A DNA stretch of 55,316 nt from positions 1 to 55,316 of IMG/VR virus record IMGVR_UViG_3300037485_000169; one strand, 5' to 3'. The notes beneath the pieces were generated by a model. That model worked only from the letters and a program-made list of their open reading frames with translations, searched no databases and had not been told where the DNA came from. The translations under genes and the position numbers were made by a program. This document shows, in pieces, positions 1 to 7,130 of the stretch (its first letter is position 1; every line of letters begins with the position of its first letter). The stretch comes from a virus. Lineage: Duplodnaviria > Caudoviricetes.

Positions 1-146
1 ATCATAAGCACAGAGAACTCAGCAGGCATACGTTCGGCGTAGGTAACGGCACGGTCCATGTTACCGTCAGTGATCCGTGCAGCAAGCGACCCAGACAGAG
101 CGTATAGAGTAGCCGGATCAGTCGGCGCGTCAGCAGATGACGGGTT
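1..146. repeat. Terminal direct repeat, copy 1 (circular overlap)
   Basis: 1-146 equals 55171-55316 except G127 vs A55297. Confidence 0.97.
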
Positions 147-908
147 CATAAGCACAGCATCAGGGTTAGGCAGCTTGCGCCATATCCGCATAAAGCCAAC
201 AAACTCAGCCGCTGCCCCCTCACCAACAGCACCCTTGAAGCACTCATACTCAGCCTCGAACGGCACAGCACCAAGCACTGCGGAGACACCTTCGACCCAG
301 CTACGTGGTGTTGGGTTCTGGTCACGTTGAGCATCGAAGTCATGCAACAGACCGGGACGGAAGCGTATGAAGCTAACCACCTCTGGCTTGACGTTGTTGT
401 CCAGCATCCACTTGGTCGAGTCGTTGAGGTCGGTCTCAAAATCCAACGTGGTCTCACGGTTAGCCAGATGGCTGAGGATACGCACTGCACCAGCACGGTC
501 AGACTGCCTGTTACCAGTGGAGACAACCTGCCAGCCATCAGCAAGACGGATGCCATGCAACTCACGGGCCTGACAGATATTGGCCAGCACCTTCTGAAGT
601 TCAGGTCCAGCCTGATTGCGATCATCGAACAACAAGATACCACCACGTTCTGTGCCCGGCTTGCCTTGGTAGGGGAACCAGTCAGGCAGCTTGTAGCTGA
701 AAGACGCATTGGTAGTGGCCATGTCAGGCACACCGAAATCCTCAACCAGAGCGGTCGGCATATGGCGGACAATGACAGGGACATCCAACTCATTACCCAC
801 TTCATGGACGATGGTTGTCTTACCACCGCCGGGAGGGCCGACGATGCAGACAGTGCGTTGAATGTTGAACAGTGCCTTGAGCGTTCCCTTTAGAAGTTCT
901 GCACGCAT
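1..908 (-). CDS. AAA+ ATPase (MoxR/dynein-related type), 5' part; continues across the contig join to 55083 (331 aa in total)
   Basis: Manual translation from ATG at 908: MRAELLKGTLK...GPPGGGKT (Walker A)...GILLFDD (Walker B)...STGNR...NPTPRSW. No stop before base 1, and in frame with the 55083 ORF. Missing from the ORF track because it runs off the edge. Confidence 0.9.
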   Translation of the reverse strand, partial: MRAELLKGTLKALFNIQRTVCIVGPPGGGKTTIVHEVGNELDVPVIVRHMPTALVEDFGVPDMATTNASFSYKLPDWFPYQGKPGTERGGILLFDDRNQAGPELQKVLANICQARELHGIRLADGWQVVSTGNRQSDRAGAVRILSHLANRETTLDFETDLNDSTKWMLDNNVKPEVVSFIRFRPGLLHDFDAQRDQNPTPRSWVEGVSAVLGAVPFEAEYECFKGAVGEGAAAEFVGFMRIWRKLPNPDAVLMNPSSADAPTDPATLYALSGSLAARITDGNMDRAVTYAERMPAEFSVLM

Positions 909-912
909 AAAC

Positions 913-1083
913 TTATTCTCCTGTGTATAGCTTGTGATCCGGGCCAAATGTAACAACGGCACCACGAGCCAAACGATCCCGGTGTCGCTTGGCTTCCATT
1001 TTACTATCGTGGTACACAACATCACCAAACTGGTCGGTGACCAACGGCCCCCGCTTGTGTCGTCGCAGGGCAAATAAACGCAT
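913..1083 (-). CDS. Small hypothetical protein
   Basis: MRLFALRR..., TAATG overlap with upstream gene, GAGGAG upstream. Confidence 0.7.
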   Translation of the reverse strand: MRLFALRRHKRGPLVTDQFGDVVYHDSKMEAKRHRDRLARGAVVTFGPDHKLYTGE

Positions 1084-1670
1084 TATGCAATCTCCTCTTC
1101 TAAGACCTTGTCTAGGTCGTTTGCCACTATGGCATCCCACACAGCCTCATCGCTCGTGAGATAGTCATGCTCTTTCTCCAGCCGGAGGTAGAGGTCACAA
1201 CAATAGTCCCTGATTAGCTCAGTTACATGGTTGTCTAGTTTGTCGATTTCGGCCTGAAGCTCTTGGTCCCACTGTTCGACCACTGCCCTACGGACATCGT
1301 CATCGTCGTAAGTTACAAGCCACCGAAAGGCAGAGACCCCGTTAGCCTCAGCGTAGACAGTATTCTCATGGCAGTAACGGGCAGTGGAGCTACGGGTTAT
1401 CGATATGTCGCAGTCACCCCCCATGGCCAACAGCCTCATCACCCACGGATAGGTCTCAGCGATATCATGGGCTTCGAGGAACGCTTTGGTATCGTTGATA
1501 TAGCCAGTGAAGGACGCACCATCCCCCTGTGACCAGAAGCCAGTGAAGCGCATATCATGGGCTGTGATATGTTTAGTCTTCATGTCCTCAGCGAAGTGAT
1601 AGTAGGTATCACGCCACCACTCATAATCGATGTTGATGTCACGATATTCTTCAATCAGGTCGATATTCAT
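1083..1670 (-). CDS. Hypothetical acidic early protein (FTGFWSQGDGASF motif)
   Basis: 195-aa ORF coupled to both neighbours. Confidence 0.8.
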   Translation of the reverse strand: MNIDLIEEYRDINIDYEWWRDTYYHFAEDMKTKHITAHDMRFTGFWSQGDGASFTGYINDTKAFLEAHDIAETYPWVMRLLAMGGDCDISITRSSTARYCHENTVYAEANGVSAFRWLVTYDDDDVRRAVVEQWDQELQAEIDKLDNHVTELIRDYCCDLYLRLEKEHDYLTSDEAVWDAIVANDLDKVLEEEIA

Positions 1671-2020
1671 GCTACGAAGCCCCCTATCCGGTTAGCTGCT
1701 AGTGTTTGGAACCCACGCTCCGCCAAGACTTGTATCTGTTGCAGTGACAGAGGGTGAAGCTCAGTCAGGGGATGGGTCTGACTGGCATGTTTGGTAGTGG
1801 TCCTACTGGTCTTGTTATAGTTAGCGAACCAACGGCCAACGGTCTCATCCCATACCAACAACGGCCAATGAGCACCGTAACTATACACTACATAGCGGTC
1901 GCTATTAACCCACTTGCCGTAGAGTTGTTTGTTAGAGTTATGGAAGGGTTGTTTATTTTGGACATAGGTCCGGCATTTCCAGCCAGATACCCGGGTCGAT
2001 TTAGCGGATTTCTCAGACAT
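1667..2020 (-). CDS. Hypothetical early protein
   Basis: ATG at 2020 preceded by GGAG; ATGA overlap with next gene. Confidence 0.8.
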   Translation of the reverse strand: MSEKSAKSTRVSGWKCRTYVQNKQPFHNSNKQLYGKWVNSDRYVVYSYGAHWPLLVWDETVGRWFANYNKTSRTTTKHASQTHPLTELHPLSLQQIQVLAERGFQTLAANRIGGFVA

Positions 2021-2044
2021 GTCTGTCTCCATCGTAAGGGGTCT

Positions 2045-2100
2045 GCCTCATCAGCAGTGAGTAACCAATCTCACTGGACGCCCTGTCAGGGCGTTTCGGC
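2045..2100 (-). ncRNA. Type II hammerhead ribozyme
   Basis: Minus strand reads GCC-GAAA-CGCCCU(GAC)AGGGCG-UC^CAGUGAG(AUUGGUUA)CUCACUG-CUGAUGA-GGC. All conserved core nucleotides, three stems and a GUC cleavage triplet are present. Confidence 0.93.
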
Positions 2101-2376
2101 TTAACTGTGGAAACCAAAGTGATCACCGTGCCACACAGCACCGATCTGGTAAGCAATGGGTTGGGGATCATCGTTATCATGCCGCCAATAGGTAGCTACC
2201 AACTCAGGGTTACCGTCATAGACACCACCGATGATCCTTACCCTTGCTAGAGGCAGGTTCCACTGGCTGAGATAACCAATGGCTTGGAATAGCTCTTGGT
2301 TACCAGTGATCTCAGCGATTGCGGTCAGGGTCTCTGGTTCGAGACCAAATTCTACAGTGCGGTTAGTGTAGCTCAC
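2101..2376 (-). CDS. Hypothetical early protein
   Basis: 91-aa ORF, GTGA overlap with upstream gene, stop abuts the ribozyme. Confidence 0.75.
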   Translation of the reverse strand: MSYTNRTVEFGLEPETLTAIAEITGNQELFQAIGYLSQWNLPLARVRIIGGVYDGNPELVATYWRHDNDDPQPIAYQIGAVWHGDHFGFHS

Positions 2377-2654
2377 AGCTTGATCTCCACAGTGCGGTCA
2401 TAGTTGTATTGGATAGTGGCATGGGTATAGCCATGTTGAATGAGGGTCCGTTTATCCAGAACCGATACCAGACAGCCATGGAATGGTGAGTCATAATCAC
2501 TGACAGAGAAGTCGTGACCAATGGTGAAATCATACACAGCATCAGAGGCCGATAGATAGTTACGGCGGACAGGACGTATAGTTACGTTCTTCAAACGAGG
2601 TGTATAGATACCCTTAAGGTCAGCGAAATTGGTATAGATATTGGTCCGGCTCAT
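2373..2654 (-). CDS. Hypothetical early protein
   Basis: ATG at 2654 with AGGAG 8 nt upstream. Confidence 0.75.
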   Translation of the reverse strand: MSRTNIYTNFADLKGIYTPRLKNVTIRPVRRNYLSASDAVYDFTIGHDFSVSDYDSPFHGCLVSVLDKRTLIQHGYTHATIQYNYDRTVEIKL

Positions 2655-2739
2655 TGCCATCACTCCTGTAAAGTTAGGTAACTGAACAGCCAAATCAAAA
2701 TTCAGATAAGTTTTTATTTTGTTTGGCGGCTCGGCTCCG

Positions 2740-2768
2740 ATTGTGCCGGTTTTCGGGGTCGGTGTCAA
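2740..2768 (-). promoter_or_regulatory. Sigma70-like promoter for the leftward early operon
   Basis: TTGACA-17 nt-CACAAT on the minus strand, about 85 nt upstream of ATG 2654. Confidence 0.65.
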
Positions 2769-2777
2769 GTTACGGCG

Positions 2778-3400
2778 CAAGTCGTTGATTTTTCGAGGTT
2801 TTTTCGCCGAACGCGGCAGAGTGTATAGTAGAGCTAAAAAGTGTAAAAATTAAAATAAAAACGCGTTTGAAATTTAAAATCAAAATAAAAACGTGTTTGA
2901 AATTTGTTTTGATTGTGTAAAGTTAGGGGTAAGTGCTTGAGAAACCACGATAAAGCTGTAAGTATACAAGTTACAACAATATAGTATAGTTAGCCAAATA
3001 ATCTACTGTAAGTGTTTGAAATATAACGGATGATATAGATAATATAGTTTTTTGGAGATAATAAGCTGCGCGAGGGTGTGTTTGTTAGAGAGCGAGGAAA
3101 CTATACACGTTTAAAGAAAAGTTATCCACAGGGGGTCAAAACATTTTGCTCTGCTTTAAAATTTTCTTGATTTTTTATATTATTTATATTGTTTAAAACA
3201 CAACTATCTCCTGAGACCCTTGGATTTCCGTGGTTTTTTACAGCGCAAAGTGTATAGTATGTATAGTTAACCAATAATATAAAAACGGGTCTGATCAGGA
3301 AAAAGTAGATTATTTAAAAGTTAAGTCATTGATTTTGTTACAAGTATTTATATAACTATACACATTTCTGATATAACTATACAGCCCCCCTGTATAGTGC
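2778..3400. other. AT-rich non-coding control region, candidate replication origin
   Basis: Strong AT enrichment; IHF consensus matches at 2778-2790 and 3322-3334; DnaA box TTATCCACA at 3122-3130; repeated GTGTATAGTT boxes. Confidence 0.55.
2852..2905 (+). repeat. Direct repeat, 24 bp x2 at a 30-bp period
   Basis: AAAATAAAAACGCGTTTGAAATTT / AAAATAAAAACGTGTTTGAAATTT. Confidence 0.9.
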
Positions 3401-3475
3401 CTGATAGCGGCGTTAGCACAGCTATAAACCCCCGACGTATGGGAGGCGAAGCCGACCCAAACGCGCAGCGCAGAC

Positions 3476-3509
3476 AAAAAGAAACCCCACCAGCCGGAGC
3501 CAGTGGGGT
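3476..3509 (-). terminator. Intrinsic terminator
   Basis: Minus strand ACCCCACTGGC-TCCG-GCTGGTGGGGT then TTCTTTTT, just after the stop at 3515. Confidence 0.85.
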
Positions 3510-3514
3510 GAGGG

Positions 3515-3703
3515 TTAGACGAATTCTTCTTTGGTTGTGCGTTCGATCCAGTCGATGGCTTCACGCCTGCTGTCTGCGACAGCGAAGACGTTGCCGTGGA
3601 TGACACACCACTTGCCGGAACGAGGGTAGACGAGGAAGTCGCCTGCCGTGGTGATGTAGAGCGTGGACATGTCCGCGCCTAGGCTATGTGCAATTACACG
3701 CAT
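3515..3703 (-). CDS. Small hypothetical protein
   Basis: ATG at 3703 with GGAG RBS; followed by terminator. Confidence 0.75.
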   Translation of the reverse strand: MRVIAHSLGADMSTLYITTAGDFLVYPRSGKWCVIHGNVFAVADSRREAIDWIERTTKEEFV

Positions 3704-3721
3704 GTTAATCTCCAAGAAGGT

Positions 3722-3743
3722 GGGAGGGACTTGCGTCCCTCCC
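3722..3743 (-). other. Intergenic GNRA-tetraloop hairpin
   Basis: GGGAGGGAC-GCAA-GTCCCTCCC on the minus strand. Confidence 0.75.
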
Positions 3744-3750
3744 GTTTAGG

Positions 3751-4038
3751 TCAGTCGAAGTAGGCGCTCTTGCGCTTGGCGACCACGCCGTCCCGCTTGG
3801 GGAGTAGGGCGAGATACGGGTTGCCCCACTTGTCGGCGAGGATAACCGGTTCGGTTCCCTTTGCGTCGGGCTTGAAAACCCGGGCAACCAACTTGTGTTC
3901 CTTGGCCAGAGCCTGAACCCGCTTGTGAACCGCTGCTGCGTCTTCCGCAGTGTATTTGCCGTCCACGAGCTTGCCGAGAACCACTTCACCCTTGCCGTTG
4001 GCCTTGATGCCAAAACGACCTTCATAAACCTTAGCCAT
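3751..4038 (-). CDS. Hypothetical basic protein, first gene of the leftward arm
   Basis: MAKVYEGRFG..., GGAG RBS, phage-like codon usage. Confidence 0.8.
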   Translation of the reverse strand: MAKVYEGRFGIKANGKGEVVLGKLVDGKYTAEDAAAVHKRVQALAKEHKLVARVFKPDAKGTEPVILADKWGNPYLALLPKRDGVVAKRKSAYFD

Positions 4039-4049
4039 GCTAAGTCTCC

Positions 4050-4162
4050 AGTTTGCCCATCCCGAGGCTTTCAAAGATCAGACAGGGTGGGATAGTCCCT
4101 GCCGCCGCAGCGGTGTTCCGCTTTGGCCTATTCTTTATCGCCTAATTCGCCATGAATGTAAA
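4050..4162 (-). promoter_or_regulatory. Putative early promoter and structured leader with boxA-like element
   Basis: TTTACA-17-GATAAA (weak -10), two hairpins, then TGATCTTTGAAA at 4080-4069. Confidence 0.4.
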
Positions 4163-4356
4163 GTTTCGGGGCCAACGCGTGCGCGAGCGCGTGCGTGTGT
4201 GCGTGCGCGCACCCCGCCCACATGGACTGCGGGATGCTAGGCCCCCCGTAGTGTAGTAAAGTTCACAATCCAACACCCCAAAAATCGAACGTGTATAGTT
4301 AGCCCTACCAAAAATTTTGCCGCCCCAAAAACAAACGTGTATAGTTACGCGCTATC

Positions 4357-4384
4357 TTGACGGACCCCACCAAAATGCTACCAT
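4357..4384 (+). promoter_or_regulatory. Sigma70-like promoter for terS (predicted leaderless transcript)
   Basis: TTGACG-16 nt ending in TGC-TACCAT; ATG begins 7 nt after the -10; no SD. Confidence 0.55.
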
Positions 4385-4390
4385 CCCCCG

Positions 4391-4888
4391 ATGGACAGCC
4401 TGCCTCTACACCTGACCAAGTGGACCGACCGCCTAGCGTTCGACGTGGCTCTATGTCTGGAAGGGTCCGGCGAAAGTTTGGACGAGATCAAGGACCGCCA
4501 CAGGATAGATGCCAATGATCTCTTGGTGTTTAACCGCGACTCGGTGTTCCTCAAGCGTGTGGAGAGCTATCGCGAGGAAGTGAAAGAGAAGGGACTGACG
4601 TTCCGACTCAAAGCGCGGGCACAAGCGGAAGAACTCCTGACGACAAGTTATATGTTGATCCACGACCCCGCTGTGTCACCTGCCGTGAAGGCAGACCTGA
4701 TCAAGAGCACAGTCAAGTGGGCTGGTCTGGAGCCGAAGAACAACGAGAATGATGCCAACGCTGGCGGTGGCGGGGTTAAGATTATGATCAACCTTGGCTC
4801 ATCCCCACAGGACACACGGGTCATCGACGTTACACCACGGGTAATTGAGGATAGCTCCGATGATGTTGACCCCGATGAGTACATATGA
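4391..4888 (+). CDS. terS: Probable terminase small subunit
   Basis: First rightward gene upstream of terL; helical core and C-terminal GGGVKIMINL motif. Confidence 0.65.
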   Translation: MDSLPLHLTKWTDRLAFDVALCLEGSGESLDEIKDRHRIDANDLLVFNRDSVFLKRVESYREEVKEKGLTFRLKARAQAEELLTTSYMLIHDPAVSPAVKADLIKSTVKWAGLEPKNNENDANAGGGGVKIMINLGSSPQDTRVIDVTPRVIEDSSDDVDPDEYI

Positions 4889-5033
4889 CGGCGTCCCCTG
4901 TTTTAGGTTAAAGACCGCTGGTGGTGCCTCGGCAGCCGAGGCCATGCTACGCGACGAGGGTAGATCGTTCCGGACCAAGATAACGAAATCCAGAAAACAT
5001 GGGATCGAGTATATCGTCATGGTGTTGGACTGA
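4875..5033 (+). CDS. Small hypothetical protein
   Basis: MSTYDGVPCF..., fills the gap between terS and the next gene. Confidence 0.6.
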   Translation: MSTYDGVPCFRLKTAGGASAAEAMLRDEGRSFRTKITKSRKHGIEYIVMVLD

Positions 5034-5036
5034 GCC

Positions 5037-5243
5037 ATGAGATTTGGGTGGGCAGCAGCGATGGTCTATGAGGACGATGGAGGGTATCATGCCCACATCA
5101 TACCGATTGATGACCTGCGGGAGCATGAGCTTCATGCCGATTGTTGGTGCAACCCTGACGAAGACGACGATGAGTATGGCATATGGGTCCACCGTGCGCT
5201 GGACCGGCGCGAAGAATATGAGACTGATGGGATGAAACACTGA
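5037..5243 (+). CDS. Small His/Cys-rich protein, possibly metal-binding
   Basis: HIIPIDDLREH...DCWCNP...WVH; TGATG coupling to terL. Confidence 0.7.
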   Translation: MRFGWAAAMVYEDDGGYHAHIIPIDDLREHELHADCWCNPDEDDDEYGIWVHRALDRREEYETDGMKH

Positions 5244-6631
5244 TGGCTCTGGAAATTAACTATACGCCGCCGCCTACTGGCAAACGGTTCATGGAGAGCA
5301 ACGCCAAGATGCGAGCACTCATGGGTCCGGTCGGGTCTGGCAAGTCGGTAACCTGCTGCTTCGAGATCATACGCCGAGCGTCCATGCAGGAGCCTGATGA
5401 GTCGGGGAAGCGGCGCACGCGTGCTGCTGTGGTCCGTGAGACTGCCCGGCAGTTGGAAGATACGACGATCAAGACGTTCCTTGACTGGTTCCCACCGGGG
5501 CAGTGTGGGGTGTGGCTGCGGACCAAGAAGACCTATTTCTTCAAGGTGGGTGATGTCGAGTGCGAGATTATGTTCCGTGCGCTTGATGACGCGGACGATG
5601 TGGCCAACCTGAACTCGCTGGAGCTTACCTTCGCATGGTTCAACGAGTGCCGGGATATCCACCCTGATATTGTCGACGCCATGTCAAAGCGTGTTGGACG
5701 CTTCCCGTCTGCGAAGGATGGTGGGCCGACATGGCATGGGATGTGGGGGGATACCAACCCGCCGACGATGGACACATGGTGGTACTACCAGTTTGAGAAG
5801 CTCGACCCCAAGGACGGTGTGTCGGCTAACGACAATGGCTGGGACGTGTTCAAACAGCCGTCAGGTCGCAGTCCCTACGCCGAGAATATCGAGAACTTGC
5901 CGGAAGGGTATTACGACACGCAGGGTCGCTCGGAAGAGTATGTGCGTGTGTTCATCGACGGGGACTACGGCCTGTCGAGCGCAGGGCAGCCGGTGTACAA
6001 ATACTTCAGGCCGGACTACCACATGGCCAAGCAGATGCTCAGGCCGATTGTTAACGGTGTGCGGCCCATCATAATCGGGATGGACTTGGGGCTAACGCCT
6101 GCGGCTGTCATCGGGCAACAGGACCCGAGGGGGCGTGCGCTCATCCTCGCCGAGGCAGTCAGCTTCGACATGGGCATCCAGAGGTTTGTCCGCACCGTAC
6201 TTAAGCCGCTGCTCTACGAGCGCTTCTCGGGTGTGCCTGTGATGGTGGTGACCGACCCGGCAGGTATTCAGCGAGCGCAGACTGACGAGCGCAGTGCCGT
6301 GGACATTATCAAAGCGGAGGGGCTGCGTGTCATGGCGGCCAAGACGAACAATGTCTCGGCGCGGATTAACGCGGTTGATGAGTATCTCATGCGGCAGGTT
6401 GACGGCGACCCGGGGTTCCTGCTCGATCCGCGATGCACCGCGCTTAAGGCTGCCATGATGGGCGGCTACAGATACAAGCCCAAGACTGACGGGATGATCG
6501 ACAAGAACAAGCACAGCCATATCGCCGAGGCGTTGCAGTATCTGTGCCTCCACCTCCATAGTGCGGGTGAGGGAGCCATGGTTACGCAGCGGCGCGAGAT
6601 CAAACGGGTTGCATCCGCAGGCTGGACCTGA
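5243..6631 (+). CDS. terL: Terminase large subunit
   Basis: GPVGSGKS Walker A, WFNE Walker B, GDTNP, and C-terminal RNase H-like IGMDLG...HIAEALQY. Confidence 0.95.
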   Translation: MALEINYTPPPTGKRFMESNAKMRALMGPVGSGKSVTCCFEIIRRASMQEPDESGKRRTRAAVVRETARQLEDTTIKTFLDWFPPGQCGVWLRTKKTYFFKVGDVECEIMFRALDDADDVANLNSLELTFAWFNECRDIHPDIVDAMSKRVGRFPSAKDGGPTWHGMWGDTNPPTMDTWWYYQFEKLDPKDGVSANDNGWDVFKQPSGRSPYAENIENLPEGYYDTQGRSEEYVRVFIDGDYGLSSAGQPVYKYFRPDYHMAKQMLRPIVNGVRPIIIGMDLGLTPAAVIGQQDPRGRALILAEAVSFDMGIQRFVRTVLKPLLYERFSGVPVMVVTDPAGIQRAQTDERSAVDIIKAEGLRVMAAKTNNVSARINAVDEYLMRQVDGDPGFLLDPRCTALKAAMMGGYRYKPKTDGMIDKNKHSHIAEALQYLCLHLHSAGEGAMVTQRREIKRVASAGWT

Positions 6632-6668
6632 TACATATTTCGCGCTTGCTTACCGAGCACAACCTAAT

Positions 6669-6714
6669 CCCCGTTGAGCGCACCATCTCCACCAGTGCTG
6701 CTCCGGGGTTTTTT
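6669..6714 (+). terminator. Intrinsic terminator after terL
   Basis: CCCCG..GAGC.GCAC / GTGC.GCTC.CGGGG interrupted stem then TTTTTT. Confidence 0.7.
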
Positions 6715-6719
6715 GTTTG

Positions 6720-6748
6720 TTGCCACCCCGAACACACCGTGCTAAGTT
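6720..6748 (+). promoter_or_regulatory. Sigma70-like promoter for the head operon
   Basis: TTGCCA-17 nt ending in TGC-TAAGTT directly after the terminator. Confidence 0.5.
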
Positions 6749-6770
6749 TAGCCAAATATCTTAGATAGGT

Positions 6771-7127
6771 GTGGACATGACGATCTATTCGACGAACCCC
6801 AAAATGGACACGTCCGGTGTTAAGGGCGAACAGCCTGTCTACGGCTATATGGGCAATAAGATCGGTACCAAGACCAAGACCGGCGGCGACTTGTATATGG
6901 AAGCCATCAAGGAACAGGCCGACGAGTACGGCATGGGCAAGGCCAAGGCGCTGACTTCCAGCGCCAATATGCGTGCTGCTGCTGGCTATGTGAACCAAGG
7001 CATGTCGTGTGACCATGCGTTCGATATCGTCAGCAAAGACAGCATGTGGATGCCTGACAAGGTCGACGAAGTTAAGGCACGAGCCAAAGTCATCAAGAAG
7101 ATGTCCAAGGGCGGCAAGGGTTACTGA
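6771..7127 (+). CDS. Hypothetical protein
   Basis: 118-aa ORF upstream of the portal gene. Confidence 0.75.
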   Translation: MDMTIYSTNPKMDTSGVKGEQPVYGYMGNKIGTKTKTGGDLYMEAIKEQADEYGMGKAKALTSSANMRAAAGYVNQGMSCDHAFDIVSKDSMWMPDKVDEVKARAKVIKKMSKGGKGY

Positions 7128-7130
7128 TAG

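Noticed and set aside
146-893. ORF-track ORFs 146-826 (-) and 327-893 (+)
   Set aside because: They are alternative-frame and antisense shadows of the real ATPase frame starting at 908, which carries the Walker motifs
2820-3400. Repeats in the AT-rich region as a CRISPR array
   Set aside because: Repeats are short, irregularly spaced and in both orientations; no cas operon (the Cas4-like nuclease is a typical phage replication gene)
3310-3606. ORFs 3310-3606 (-), 3397-3603 (+) and 4037-4240 (+)
   Set aside because: They cross a terminator, regulatory repeats or the alternating tract; no RBS and implausible composition
4060-4110. CUGA...GAAA in the early leader as a second hammerhead
   Set aside because: Reads CUGAUCUUUGAAA: lacks G8/A9, stem II and the UH triplet; fits boxA better
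5394-5420. Other CTGATGA matches (e.g. about 5394, 29310, 55098, 53572) as further hammerheads
   Set aside because: All lie in coding sequence and lack properly placed GAAA, stems and a cleavage triplet
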